The notes under the pieces are model-generated. The model saw nothing but the letters and a program-made list of their open reading frames with translations, was not told the origin of the DNA and ran no database searches. A DNA stretch of 63,797 nt, counting the filler, from Octopus bimaculoides (taxonomy: Eukaryota): assembly GCF_001194135.2 (NCBI RefSeq). It is 7 parts of 7 records of this genome, joined end to end, with 100 filler letters (N's around TTAATTAATTAA, not from the genome) between each part and the next. Parts side by side here need not be neighbours in the genome. Positions count along the whole stretch, not along the records: positions 62,387 to 63,797 come from NW_026405674.1; 6 more parts are not named here. One strand, given 5' to 3'. Made by a program: the position numbers and the translations under genes. This document shows positions 63,484 through 63,797 of the stretch, piece by piece. Position 1 is the stretch's first letter, and each line of letters starts with the position of its first letter.

Positions 63484-63548
63484 TAACCCAACCCTAATCC
63501 TAACACTAACCCTAAAACCCTAACCCTGACCCTAAAACCCTAACACCT
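63484..63548. repeat. degenerate (TAACCC)n telomere-like tract
   Basis: TAACCCAACCCTAATCCTAACACTAACCCTAAAACCCTAACCCTGACCCTAAAACCCTAACACC. Confidence 0.8.
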
Positions 63549-63797
63549 TAATGAAAATCGTAGTATATTTACAAAACATTGACGAACGTGAGTTATATTT
63601 TACTGAATGATTGTGTACTTGCACGTGTATGCATTTGAGACAGCGAGAGAGGAAGAGGTAAAGAGAGGGAGAGAAAGGAATAGAGGTAGTTAAAAATTTT
63701 CTTATGACGGCTTCTCTTCACTGCCTGTTACTTAATTAGAAATCTATGGATGCACATACGCTCATAATAGAGAAAAATGAAACAAATATGGACGACT

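Overview
Eukaryotic, AT-rich, repeat-dominated DNA. From recall of its SINE families (not a database search) it fits an octopod cephalopod best. The window is not one locus: six identical 100-nt spacers (44 N + TTAATTAATTAA + 44 N) join seven independent scaffold pieces. It contains no intact gene, no prokaryotic system and no CRISPR array. It does contain dozens of copies of three tRNA-derived SINE families (called A, B, C here), many microsatellites, and decayed RTE, Tx1/L1, CR1-like, mariner and hAT-like elements. There is also one hairpin MITE, a probable Helentron-type non-autonomous element and a few weak candidate exons. The best leads are: (i) a 37-bp minisatellite amplified out of the coding sequence of a hAT-like transposase, where a conserved motif is missing; (ii) three minimal Penelope-type hammerhead-ribozyme-like motifs, two of which share a variant core and show stem covariation; (iii) a possible SINE-B/Tx1-LINE partnership, with two alternative SINE tails and microsatellite-adjacent insertion sites. 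I cannot establish that any of these is previously undescribed. Most interspersed-repeat boundaries are approximate (about 10-20 bp).
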